NCBI GenBank assembly: GCA_934193095.1
Contig: CAKPUX010000002.1
Span: 17,863-81,862, forward strand
Length of the DNA: 64,000 nt
Direction of reading: 5' to 3'
Origin: an uncultured Dialister sp.
Lineage (GTDB): Bacteria; Bacillota; Negativicutes; Veillonellales; Dialisteraceae
The translations under genes were made by a program, and so were the position numbers. The notes under the pieces were generated by a model. It saw nothing but the letters and a program-made list of their open reading frames with translations, ran no database searches and was not told the origin of the DNA. Below, piece by piece: positions 56,696 to 64,000 of this stretch (the stretch's first letter is position 1; the number at the start of each line of letters is the position of its first letter).

Positions 56696-57712
56696 GTGAA
56701 AAAAATAGCTGTTGACGCGATGGGCGGGGATTTTGCACCGCTGGAAATCGTGCTTGGCGCCATTCAGGCGGTCAAGGAATACAAAGTGCCTGTCGTTCTT
56801 GTGGGAGATGAGGATGCGATCCGCCCCATCCTGGAGAAGCATCATGAGGATCAGAACCCTCTGATCGAGATTCATCATGCATCAGAAGTGATCGAGATGG
56901 GAGAGCATCCCGGGCTGGCGTACCGCAAAAAGAAGGATGCGTCTGTCTCTGTCGGCGCTCGCCTTGTGCGAGAGGGGGAGTGCGGAGCTCTCGTGGCTCC
57001 GGGATCGACCGGGGCAGCCGTTACGGCAGGACTTCTCGGCATCGGCCGTATCAAGGGCATCGAGCGTCCGGCCATCCTGACGCCGATCCCTAACCAGAAG
57101 GGCGGCTATACGTACCTGATCGATTCCGGCGCGAGCGCGCAGCCGAAGCTGGAGACGTATATCCAGAATGCTCTTCTGGGCTATATCTATGCGACGAAGG
57201 TCGCGGGTATCCAGCAGCCGAAGATCGGTCTTCTCAATATCGGGGAAGAGGCGACGAAGGGGAGCCCTTTGGTCACGGAAGCGAATGAGGCGCTTTCCGC
57301 ACAGAAGGTCATTCCTTTTGCGGGCAATGCGGAAGGCCGCGATGTGATGACGGGAGAATTTGATGTCATCGTCACGGATGGATTTACAGGGAATGTAGTC
57401 CTGAAATTTGGGGAAGGCGCCGGGAAACTGGTGGCTGCCCTTTTGAAGAATGCTGTCATGCAGGGGGGACTTCGCGCGAAGATCGGCGGGCTGCTCCTGA
57501 AGCCGGCACTCAAGAAATACATGGCAAAGCCTCTTGACTATGCTGAATACGGCGGTGCGCCGCTCATGGGTATCAAAGGCGGCCTCATTATCTGCCATGG
57601 TGCTTCGAAAGCGAAAGCGATCAAGAATGCCATCCATATGGCGATGGGCGTTTGTCAGGAGCATCTGGATGAGATCGTGATGGATGCACTGAAGCAGATG
57701 GAAAGTAATTAG
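56696..57712 (+). CDS. plsX: Phosphate acyltransferase PlsX
   Basis: GTG start after GGAGG, and MKKIAVDAMGGDFAP. Confidence 0.93.
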   Translation: MKKIAVDAMGGDFAPLEIVLGAIQAVKEYKVPVVLVGDEDAIRPILEKHHEDQNPLIEIHHASEVIEMGEHPGLAYRKKKDASVSVGARLVREGECGALVAPGSTGAAVTAGLLGIGRIKGIERPAILTPIPNQKGGYTYLIDSGASAQPKLETYIQNALLGYIYATKVAGIQQPKIGLLNIGEEATKGSPLVTEANEALSAQKVIPFAGNAEGRDVMTGEFDVIVTDGFTGNVVLKFGEGAGKLVAALLKNAVMQGGLRAKIGGLLLKPALKKYMAKPLDYAEYGGAPLMGIKGGLIICHGASKAKAIKNAIHMAMGVCQEHLDEIVMDALKQMESN

Positions 57713-57860
57713 GAATTAGGAATGAGGAATTAGGAATGAAGGTGGCGGCTTCGCCGCGAGTATATATGAGGCGATGCCCGAAAGTCGTATTCAAGTCACC
57801 AGTCACAAGTCACTAGTCACCAGTCACCCCTAATCCCTAATCCCTAGTCACCCAAAACTC
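57713..57860. repeat. Short-word repeat block inside the fab operon (plsX-fabH spacer)
   Basis: ggaat[tg]a x4, ggcggcttcgccgc hairpin, gatgcccgaaag, agtcac. x5, taatccc x2. Confidence 0.8.
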
Positions 57861-57890
57861 TTTTCAACGAACGGAAAGGACATTATATAT

Positions 57891-58883
57891 ATGAGTGAAT
57901 TATGTTCTGCAGGAATCTTGGGCACCGGTCATTATGCGCCGGAGAAGATCCTTTCCAATGCAGACCTTGAAAAAATGGTCGATACCAGTGATGAGTGGAT
58001 CCGCACCCGCACGGGCATCGAGACCAGACATATCGCTTCCCGGTCGGAGACGACTTCTGATCTTTGCGTGAAGGCGGCTCTTCCGGCACTGGAAATGGCG
58101 GGCCTTACCGCAGATGACATCGACTACATCATCGTAGCGACGGCATCTCCGGACTATGTGGTGCCATCCACGGCCTGCATGGTCCAAGATAAGCTCGGCT
58201 GCAAGCATGCCGGTGCGATGGATATTTCCGCTGGCTGCTCGGGCTACATCTATGCAGTAGCTCTGGCATCGAATCTGGTGAAAGCCGGGATGTACAAGCA
58301 CATCCTGATCATCGGTGCGGAAATCCTTTCCCGCCTCGTGAACTGGCAGGACCGCTCCACCTGCATCCTTTTCGGCGATGGGGCAGGGGCCGCTGTCATC
58401 GGAAAGGTCGAAGATGGCTATGGTCTTCTGGCTTCGGATCTTGGCTCAGACGGCAGCCTGGGCAAGATCCTGAATATCCCGGCGAGCGGCGTCGCTGAAC
58501 TTGTGACCCACCGCGCCATCGACTCCGGCCGTATCTATATCCATATGGAGGGGCCGGAAGTATTCAAAGCCGCGGTCCGTCACATGGGTGCGACCACGCT
58601 GAAGACCTTGAAAGCCGCTGGCATCACGAAGGAAGATATCAATATGTTCATTGCCCATCAGGCAAATAATCGCATCATTCAGGCGATCGCCAAGCGTCTG
58701 GCTCTGCCTGAGGAGCATATGTATGTGAATGTCAATCGCTATGGCAATACATCGGCTGCGTCCGTCGGCATCGCGCTTGATGAAGTCGTCCGCGCCGGAC
58801 GCGTGAAGCATGGCGACTACGTTGTCCTGACCGGTTTCGGTGCAGGCCTCACCTGGGGCTGCGATGTCATGAGATGGATGTAA
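57891..58883 (+). CDS. fabH: 3-oxoacyl-ACP synthase III
   Basis: Catalytic triad contexts DISAGCSGYIYA, AHQANNRI and YGNTSAASV. Confidence 0.94.
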   Translation: MSELCSAGILGTGHYAPEKILSNADLEKMVDTSDEWIRTRTGIETRHIASRSETTSDLCVKAALPALEMAGLTADDIDYIIVATASPDYVVPSTACMVQDKLGCKHAGAMDISAGCSGYIYAVALASNLVKAGMYKHILIIGAEILSRLVNWQDRSTCILFGDGAGAAVIGKVEDGYGLLASDLGSDGSLGKILNIPASGVAELVTHRAIDSGRIYIHMEGPEVFKAAVRHMGATTLKTLKAAGITKEDINMFIAHQANNRIIQAIAKRLALPEEHMYVNVNRYGNTSAASVGIALDEVVRAGRVKHGDYVVLTGFGAGLTWGCDVMRWM

Positions 58884-59165
58884 AATAGGGGAAAAGGGTT
58901 CATGTTGATGGGTTCAGGGTTAGCCCAAGGGGCGGCTCGCCCCTTGATTACTTTTGAAAGCCTCGATTGAATGAGAAATTAGAAATGAGAAATGCGAAAT
59001 GCGAAATGGTGGTGCGGCGCATAAAAATATGGAAGCGCCACGGAGGTTTGAAACTAGCGGTTTTCTCGTATCGCAAACCTAATCCCTAGCTACTCATCCC
59101 TAGCTACCAGTCACCAGTCACCAGTCACTTCTAATCCCTAGTCCCTAGTCCCTTTTAATCCCAAC
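58884..59165. repeat. Mosaic and short-word repeat block inside the fab operon (fabH-fabD spacer)
   Basis: Inverted copy of the gggctaaccc..caatcaaagg module (ggttcagggttagcccaaggggcggctcgccccttgattac), gaaatg.g x4, ggtggtgcggcgcataaaaatatggaagcgcc, and taatccctag / cagtcac arrays. Confidence 0.8.
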
Positions 59166-59203
59166 CAACAAAAGTATTTATCATATAAACGGAGTGTGAC
59201 AAC

Positions 59204-60142
59204 ATGAAAACTGCATTTCTGTTCCCTGGACAGGGATCTCAGAAGGTGGGCATGGTACAGGATCTGTTTGAAAACTATGATTCTGTCAAAGCCCTGATCA
59301 AAGAAGCGGATGAAACGCTCGGCTTCTCGATTTCCAAAATGATGTTCGAAGGCCCGGACACAGAGCTGATGAAGACCGAATTCACCCAGCCGGCCATTCT
59401 GACGGCCAGTGTCGCTGTATGGCAGGTGCTGAAGGAACACGGCCTCACGCCGGACATCGCAGCCGGTCACAGCCTTGGCGAATACTCTGCGCTGGTCGCA
59501 GCGGGTGCAATTTCCTTCGCGGATGCCGTGCATACCGTACATCTGCGCGGCCGCTTCATGCAGGAAGCGGTACCGCTGGGAGAAGGCGGCATGGCAGCTG
59601 TCATCGGTTCCACTCCGGAAACCATCGTGAAGGTCTGCGGTGAAGTTTCAACGGAAGATCTTCCGGTACAGGCGGTCAATTTCAACTGCCCGGGGCAGGT
59701 CGTCATCGCCGGTGCGACGGTAGCTGTCGAGAAAGCCTGCGAAGCACTGAAAGAAGCAGGGGCTCGCCGTGCCATCATGCTGAAGGTCAGCGCGCCATTC
59801 CATTCCACTCTGATGGAACCAGCAGCTCTTCGACTGAAGGAAGTCCTTGACAAGATCGACATCCATGACACCGCCATCCCGGTCGTAGCCAATGTCAATG
59901 CCAAGGAAGAGACCAAAGCGGACGAGATCAGAAAGAATCTGGTCGATCAGGCGGCACATCCTGTACACTGGGAAGAATCCATCCGGAATATGATCGCCGG
60001 CGGTGTCGATATGACTGTCGAAGCCGGCCCCGGCACGGTTCTTACCGGCTTCATGAAGAAGATCGCCCGCTCCGTACCCTGCCACCATGCAGAAGATGTA
60101 GCCACCATCGATGAAGTCGTGACTGCACTGAAGGGAGAATAA
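59204..60142 (+). CDS. fabD: Malonyl-CoA:ACP transacylase
   Basis: [11 protein letters not shown] and active-site [10 protein letters not shown]. Confidence 0.94.
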   Translation: MKTAFLFPGQGSQKVGMVQDLFENYDSVKALIKEADETLGFSISKMMFEGPDTELMKTEFTQPAILTASVAVWQVLKEHGLTPDIAAGHSLGEYSALVAAGAISFADAVHTVHLRGRFMQEAVPLGEGGMAAVIGSTPETIVKVCGEVSTEDLPVQAVNFNCPGQVVIAGATVAVEKACEALKEAGARRAIMLKVSAPFHSTLMEPAALRLKEVLDKIDIHDTAIPVVANVNAKEETKADEIRKNLVDQAAHPVHWEESIRNMIAGGVDMTVEAGPGTVLTGFMKKIARSVPCHHAEDVATIDEVVTALKGE

Positions 60143-60888
60143 TGATGGAAACTATCGAAAAGACTGCTCTCGTCACGGGGGCTTCCCGCGGTATTGGCAG
60201 AGCCATCGCTCTTACATTGGCTGCGAAGGGCTATGCTGTCGCACTGAACTATGCCGGCAGCCAGGCTGCCGCAGAAGCTGTCAAGGGAGAAATCGAAGCC
60301 GCTGGCAGCAAAGCCTTCACCATCCAGGGCGATGTCTCCAAAGCAGAAGATGTGGATCGCATTTTCAAAACGATCAAGGAAGAATTCGGACAGCTGGATG
60401 TCCTTGTGAATAATGCAGGGATCACCCGCGACGGACTTCTCATCCGCATGAAAGAAGAAAGCTGGGATGCCGTACTCTCGACTGACCTCAAGAGTGACTT
60501 CCTCACCATCAAAGCCGCTGCGCAGATGATGATGAGAAAGAAAAAAGGCTCCATCATCAATATCGCATCCGTAGTCGGCATCATGGGCAATATCGGCCAG
60601 GCCAACTACGCAGCAGCAAAAGCAGGCGTGATCGGTCTCACCAAGGCCTGCGCCAAGGAGCTCGCTGCCAGAAATATCCGCGTCAATGCGGTCGCACCCG
60701 GCTTCATCGCGACTGACATGACTGATGCCATCCCGGAAAAGAATAAAGAAGCCATGCTGACAGCCATCCCGCTCGGACGCATGGGTCTTGCCGAAGACGT
60801 CGCCAAAGCTGTCTCCTTCCTGGCTTCCGATGATGCAAGTTATATCACCGGACAGGTTTTAAAGGTGGACGGCGGAATGGTTATGTAA
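60142..60888 (+). CDS. fabG: 3-oxoacyl-ACP reductase
   Basis: [16 protein letters not shown] and YAAAKAG (Y-x3-K). The start overlaps the fabD stop. Confidence 0.93.
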   Translation: MMETIEKTALVTGASRGIGRAIALTLAAKGYAVALNYAGSQAAAEAVKGEIEAAGSKAFTIQGDVSKAEDVDRIFKTIKEEFGQLDVLVNNAGITRDGLLIRMKEESWDAVLSTDLKSDFLTIKAAAQMMMRKKKGSIINIASVVGIMGNIGQANYAAAKAGVIGLTKACAKELAARNIRVNAVAPGFIATDMTDAIPEKNKEAMLTAIPLGRMGLAEDVAKAVSFLASDDASYITGQVLKVDGGMVM

Positions 60889-60953
60889 TATAATCAGTAG
60901 GGTACAATACAAGGAGACGTCTGTCTTCTATGAGAAAGGTGGTGAAATGAGTA

Positions 60954-61184
60954 ATGAGCACTTTTGACAGAGTAAAGAAGATCGTTGTTGACCAGCTGGG
61001 CGTTAGCGAAGCTGATGTCACCATCGACTCCACTTTCATCGATGACCTCGGCGCTGATTCCCTGGATATCGTTGAACTGATCATGGCATTTGAAGAAGAA
61101 TTCGACATCGAAATCCCGGATGATGCTGCTGAAAAGATCAAGACCGTAAAGAACGCTGTAGACTACATCGACAGCCAGATGTAA
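60954..61184 (+). CDS. acpP: Acyl carrier protein
   Basis: [26 protein letters not shown] (phosphopantetheine-attachment Ser). Confidence 0.95.
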   Translation: MSTFDRVKKIVVDQLGVSEADVTIDSTFIDDLGADSLDIVELIMAFEEEFDIEIPDDAAEKIKTVKNAVDYIDSQM

Positions 61185-61215
61185 TGCGCATTCGCATTTC
61201 AACATCATATTGGAA

Positions 61216-61239
61216 GCCGGAGGGGGGATCCCCTCCGGC
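61216..61239 (+). other. GC-rich perfect hairpin in the acpP-fabF spacer
   Basis: gccggagggg ggat cccctccggc with no adjacent T-run. A weaker hairpin with T7 follows at about 61270-61300. Confidence 0.5.
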
Positions 61240-61439
61240 ATGCCATATGACTTCCTTTGGGGGAGAATATTTCAAAAAAGCGAATGACCGTCGTGGTTCG
61301 TTTTTTTGAGGTCTTGTCCATGCGTGATGGATTTGAAACAGGCGGAGCCATGCCTTTTCAAGTCCTATAATTTTTGCTTAAAAACCTAACACGCGATAAA
61401 TAATGTTTAAAAGAAGTTTATAAGAGAGGTGCCCTTTTT

Positions 61440-62687
61440 ATGGAAAGAAGAAGAGTTGTTGTGACCGGCATGGGTGTCGTTTCCCCAGTCGGTATCGGTG
61501 TCGATGCATTTTGGAATGCCCTTTTGGCGGGGAAATCCGGCGTAACGCCGATCACAGAATTTGATGCCACAGATTTCCCGGTCAAGATCGCAGGCGAAGT
61601 CAAAGATTTCGACCCCGTCAAGTATGTGGGCGACAAGAAGACCGTCCGTCATATGGATAGAAATGCCCAGTTCGCTGTCGCTGCGGCGAAAATGGCTGTG
61701 GAAGATGCGAAGCTCGATATGAGCGCAGAAGATCCGAGCCGCGTCGGCACCATCATCGGTACCGGCATCGGCGGGATCAAGACCATGGAAGATACCGTGG
61801 AACGCATCGAAAAACGCGGTCCGGGAAAGGTGAATCCTTTCGCAGTCCCGATGATGATCGCAAACATGGCCTCCGGCATGGTTTCCATCACCTTCGGCCT
61901 GCAGGGACCGGTTCTGACTGACGTCACCGCCTGCGCTTCCGGCAACAATGCTCTTGGCAGAGCGACCCGCATGATCCAGTGGGGCGATGCGGATGTGATG
62001 TTTGCCGGCGGTACCGAAGCGGCTGTCGCAAAGACACCGATGGCTGGTTTTGCTGCCATGCATGCGCTCTCTTCCCGTGAATGCCCGCCGGAAGAAGCAT
62101 CCTGTCCCTTTGATGTCCGTCGTGACGGTTTCGTACTCGGTGAAGGCAGTGGTGTTCTCATCCTTGAAGAACTTGAACACGCAAAGAAGAGAGGCGCGCA
62201 CATTTATGCAGAGGTCATCGGCTATGGTACGAATGGCGATGCCTACCATATTACAGCTCCGCGTCCGGGTGGTGAACTCGCAGCTCGCTGCATGAAGAAT
62301 GCCATCGCGGATGCAGGTATTTCTCCGGAAGATATCGACTACATCAATGCACACGGCACCTCCACCGGCCTCAATGATAAGAATGAGACCAAGGCGATCA
62401 AGGAAGTCCTCGGCCAGCATGCCTATGACATCGTTGTGAACTCCACCAAGTCCATGACCGGCCATCTTCTGGGCGCTGCCGGTGCGATCGAAGCTGTCGT
62501 CTGTGTACTCTCTATCATGAACAACAAAGTCCATCAGACACTGAACCTTCAGACTCCTGATCCGGAATGTGACCTTCACTACGCGGCTGAAGGCCCGGAA
62601 GACCGCAAAGTCGATGTGACCATGTCCAATGCTTTCGGCTTTGGCGGACACAATGCCGTTGTCATCATGAGGCGCTATGAAGAATGA
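61440..62687 (+). CDS. fabF: 3-oxoacyl-ACP synthase II
   Basis: ACASGNNALG (Cys), NAHGTSTGLND (His) and STKSMTGHLLGAAG (His). Confidence 0.94.
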   Translation: MERRRVVVTGMGVVSPVGIGVDAFWNALLAGKSGVTPITEFDATDFPVKIAGEVKDFDPVKYVGDKKTVRHMDRNAQFAVAAAKMAVEDAKLDMSAEDPSRVGTIIGTGIGGIKTMEDTVERIEKRGPGKVNPFAVPMMIANMASGMVSITFGLQGPVLTDVTACASGNNALGRATRMIQWGDADVMFAGGTEAAVAKTPMAGFAAMHALSSRECPPEEASCPFDVRRDGFVLGEGSGVLILEELEHAKKRGAHIYAEVIGYGTNGDAYHITAPRPGGELAARCMKNAIADAGISPEDIDYINAHGTSTGLNDKNETKAIKEVLGQHAYDIVVNSTKSMTGHLLGAAGAIEAVVCVLSIMNNKVHQTLNLQTPDPECDLHYAAEGPEDRKVDVTMSNAFGFGGHNAVVIMRRYEE

Positions 62688-62716
62688 GACATGCTGAAAT
62701 GAGAAGAAGAGACCGT

Positions 62717-63418
62717 ATGGCAGAAATTGAAAAGTTTGCTGCGGAAAATGAAATTCCCGTGCAGAATGCACAACTTCTCAATACAGCACTCACCCATACC
62801 TCGTATGCGAATGAACATAAAAATGAAGTTATTCATGACAATGAACGACTGGAATTCTTAGGGGATGCCATCCTGGATCTGGTCATCGGGGAATACCTTT
62901 TTCTGCGTTTTCCCAGCTGGCCGGAAGGGGAGCTGACCCGAGCGAAGGCGAGCGTCGTCTGCAAGCCTTCCTGTGCGGAATGCGCAGCGAAATTCCATGT
63001 GGGCGACTACATGCGTCTGGGCCGCGGAGAAGAAATGTCCGGCGGCCGTACCCGCATCTCGATCTTAGGCGATGCCTTCGAAGCGGTCATCGGTGCGATC
63101 TATCTCGATAATAACTATGAGGTAGCATCCCGCTTCATCTTGGGGCACATGAAGAAATTCCTCGATCTGATCGATCAGGGAGACTATGACCATGACTACA
63201 AGTCTGACCTGCAGGAAATGGTGCAGAAGCACGGAGATGTGAATATCTCCTATGTTGTCACCAAGGACGAAGGCCCGGCTCACGACAAGACCATCTGGAT
63301 GGAAATCCACATCAATGGCAAAGTCATGGGCGAGAGCATCGGAAAGAATAAAAAAGAAGCAGCCCAAAGGGCTGCCAAAGAAGCCATCCGAAGGATCCAG
63401 CTTGGAGAAACGGTATGA
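62717..63418 (+). CDS. rnc: Ribonuclease III
   Basis: ALTHTSYANE and NERLEFLGDAILDL signature, with a dsRBD at the C-terminus. The start is uncertain (62684, 62699 or 62717); MAEIEKF matches the usual N-terminal length. Confidence 0.9.
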   Translation: MAEIEKFAAENEIPVQNAQLLNTALTHTSYANEHKNEVIHDNERLEFLGDAILDLVIGEYLFLRFPSWPEGELTRAKASVVCKPSCAECAAKFHVGDYMRLGRGEEMSGGRTRISILGDAFEAVIGAIYLDNNYEVASRFILGHMKKFLDLIDQGDYDHDYKSDLQEMVQKHGDVNISYVVTKDEGPAHDKTIWMEIHINGKVMGESIGKNKKEAAQRAAKEAIRRIQLGETV

Positions 63419-63422
63419 CAGA

Positions 63423-63472
63423 AAACAGGGGTTGTGAAAAAATGATGCATCATTTTTTCACAACCCCTGTTT
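63423..63472. terminator. Bidirectional terminator (25-bp perfect palindrome arms)
   Basis: aaacaggggttgtgaaaaaatgatg / catcattttttcacaacccctgttt followed by TTATTTTTT. Confidence 0.85.
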
Positions 63473-63757
63473 TTATTTTTTCAGATGAGGCATTCTTTTT
63501 AAATCTCTGTAAAAATTTTCATGAACCCCAAGCATAATCAGCGTCAAGGTGACCGGATCAAAAGTATACGCTAAGAGGTACAGCTGCGCGTCCACTTTAA
63601 ATTTGTACACAAAGACTTCACAAAGATCACCTTTCTTTTGCTCACCGACCGATGGGTCCTCGATAATAAGCCGAATCGCATGATCCACGTTTTTTCGCTG
63701 TTTTGGGAAAAGTCGTTTGTATGCGCTTTTAAAAATGCGAGTTTGTTTAATTTCCAT
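63473..63757 (-). CDS. RelE/ParE-family type II toxin
   Basis: MEIKQTRIFKSAYKRL..DPSVGEQKKGDL..VYKFKV..LYLLAY......LIMLGVHENFY. The start overlaps the upstream antitoxin stop by 11 nt. Confidence 0.75.
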   Translation of the reverse strand: MEIKQTRIFKSAYKRLFPKQRKNVDHAIRLIIEDPSVGEQKKGDLCEVFVYKFKVDAQLYLLAYTFDPVTLTLIMLGVHENFYRDLKRMPHLKK

Positions 63758-63971
63758 GATCTTCCTCGAAGGTGAAAGGCTCTGTTTCCTGATTCTTCGC
63801 AATGAGAATGTCACGAATAAAATCTACAGGTAAATCAGGATTGGCGAGTGCATTTTTTCCGACCAAAGCCCAAAAATTGAGCTGCTGAGCGGCAGAACGA
63901 AATTCTGCTTTGCCTTCAATACTGGCAGAATCAAAAAGCGCTTTATCCATGCGAACAGGAATCGTATTCAT
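63747..63971 (-). CDS. ParD-like antitoxin
   Basis: RBS aaggagg lies 7 nt before ATG 63971. MNTIPVRMDKALFDSASIEGKAEFRSAAQQLNFWALVG.. resembles the ParD_like family. Coupled to the toxin gene. Confidence 0.65.
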   Translation of the reverse strand: MNTIPVRMDKALFDSASIEGKAEFRSAAQQLNFWALVGKNALANPDLPVDFIRDILIAKNQETEPFTFEEDHGN

Positions 63972-64000
63972 GATATATCCTCCTTGTAGCAATTTACTAC

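Noticed and set aside
54627-62771. Antisense ORFs in fabK, plsX, fabH, fabD and fabF (54627..55571, 56882..57664, 57900..58301, 59467..59916, 61407..62771).
   Set aside because: They are opposite genes with catalytic motifs, which makes them GC-rich antisense frame artefacts.

Overview
This 64-kb window reads like a diderm Firmicute (Negativicutes, possibly Megasphaera-like). That placement is an inference: the gene order is Bacillus/Clostridium-type (rpiB-ywlG-glyA; fapR-plsX-fabH-fabD-fabG-acpP-fabF-rnc; yhaO/yhaN-like pair), yet the window also encodes outer-membrane proteins. There are four blocks. (1) 0.4-29 kb is an outer-membrane locus occupying about 40% of the window. It holds three giant type Va autotransporters (2604, 1472 and 4065 aa) and a TonB-dependent receptor. 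Two of the autotransporters sit behind near-identical cobalamin-riboswitch-like leaders with intrinsic terminators. All three transcription units start with the same TTGACT promoter, which has a Fur-box-like palindrome in its spacer. (2) 29.7-43.4 kb holds housekeeping genes: FAH-family hydrolase, L31 type B, prfA, prmC, tsaC/sua5, rpiB, ywlG-like, glyA, rpmF and an sbcD/yhaN-like pair. These are separated by unusually long mosaic intergenic repeats, a MITE-like palindromic element and a 240-bp tandem duplication. (3) About 43.9-54.5 kb is a visibly AT-richer accessory island. It carries a Fic protein, a four-gene cassette (Cys-rich protein, HipA-like kinase, COG4186-type phosphoesterase, triple-HTH-like protein), an orphan XseA-like nuclease fusion and a SAP-domain protein. 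It also carries decayed XRE, serine-recombinase and hsdM remnants. (4) 54.6-63.4 kb is the fatty-acid synthesis cluster (fabK divergent from fapR-plsX-fabHDG-acpP-fabF) plus rnc, again invaded by repeats, followed by a ParE/RelE-ParD-like pair. I saw no rRNA, tRNA or CRISPR array. All domain and family calls come from motif recognition by eye. Repeat boundaries are approximate.
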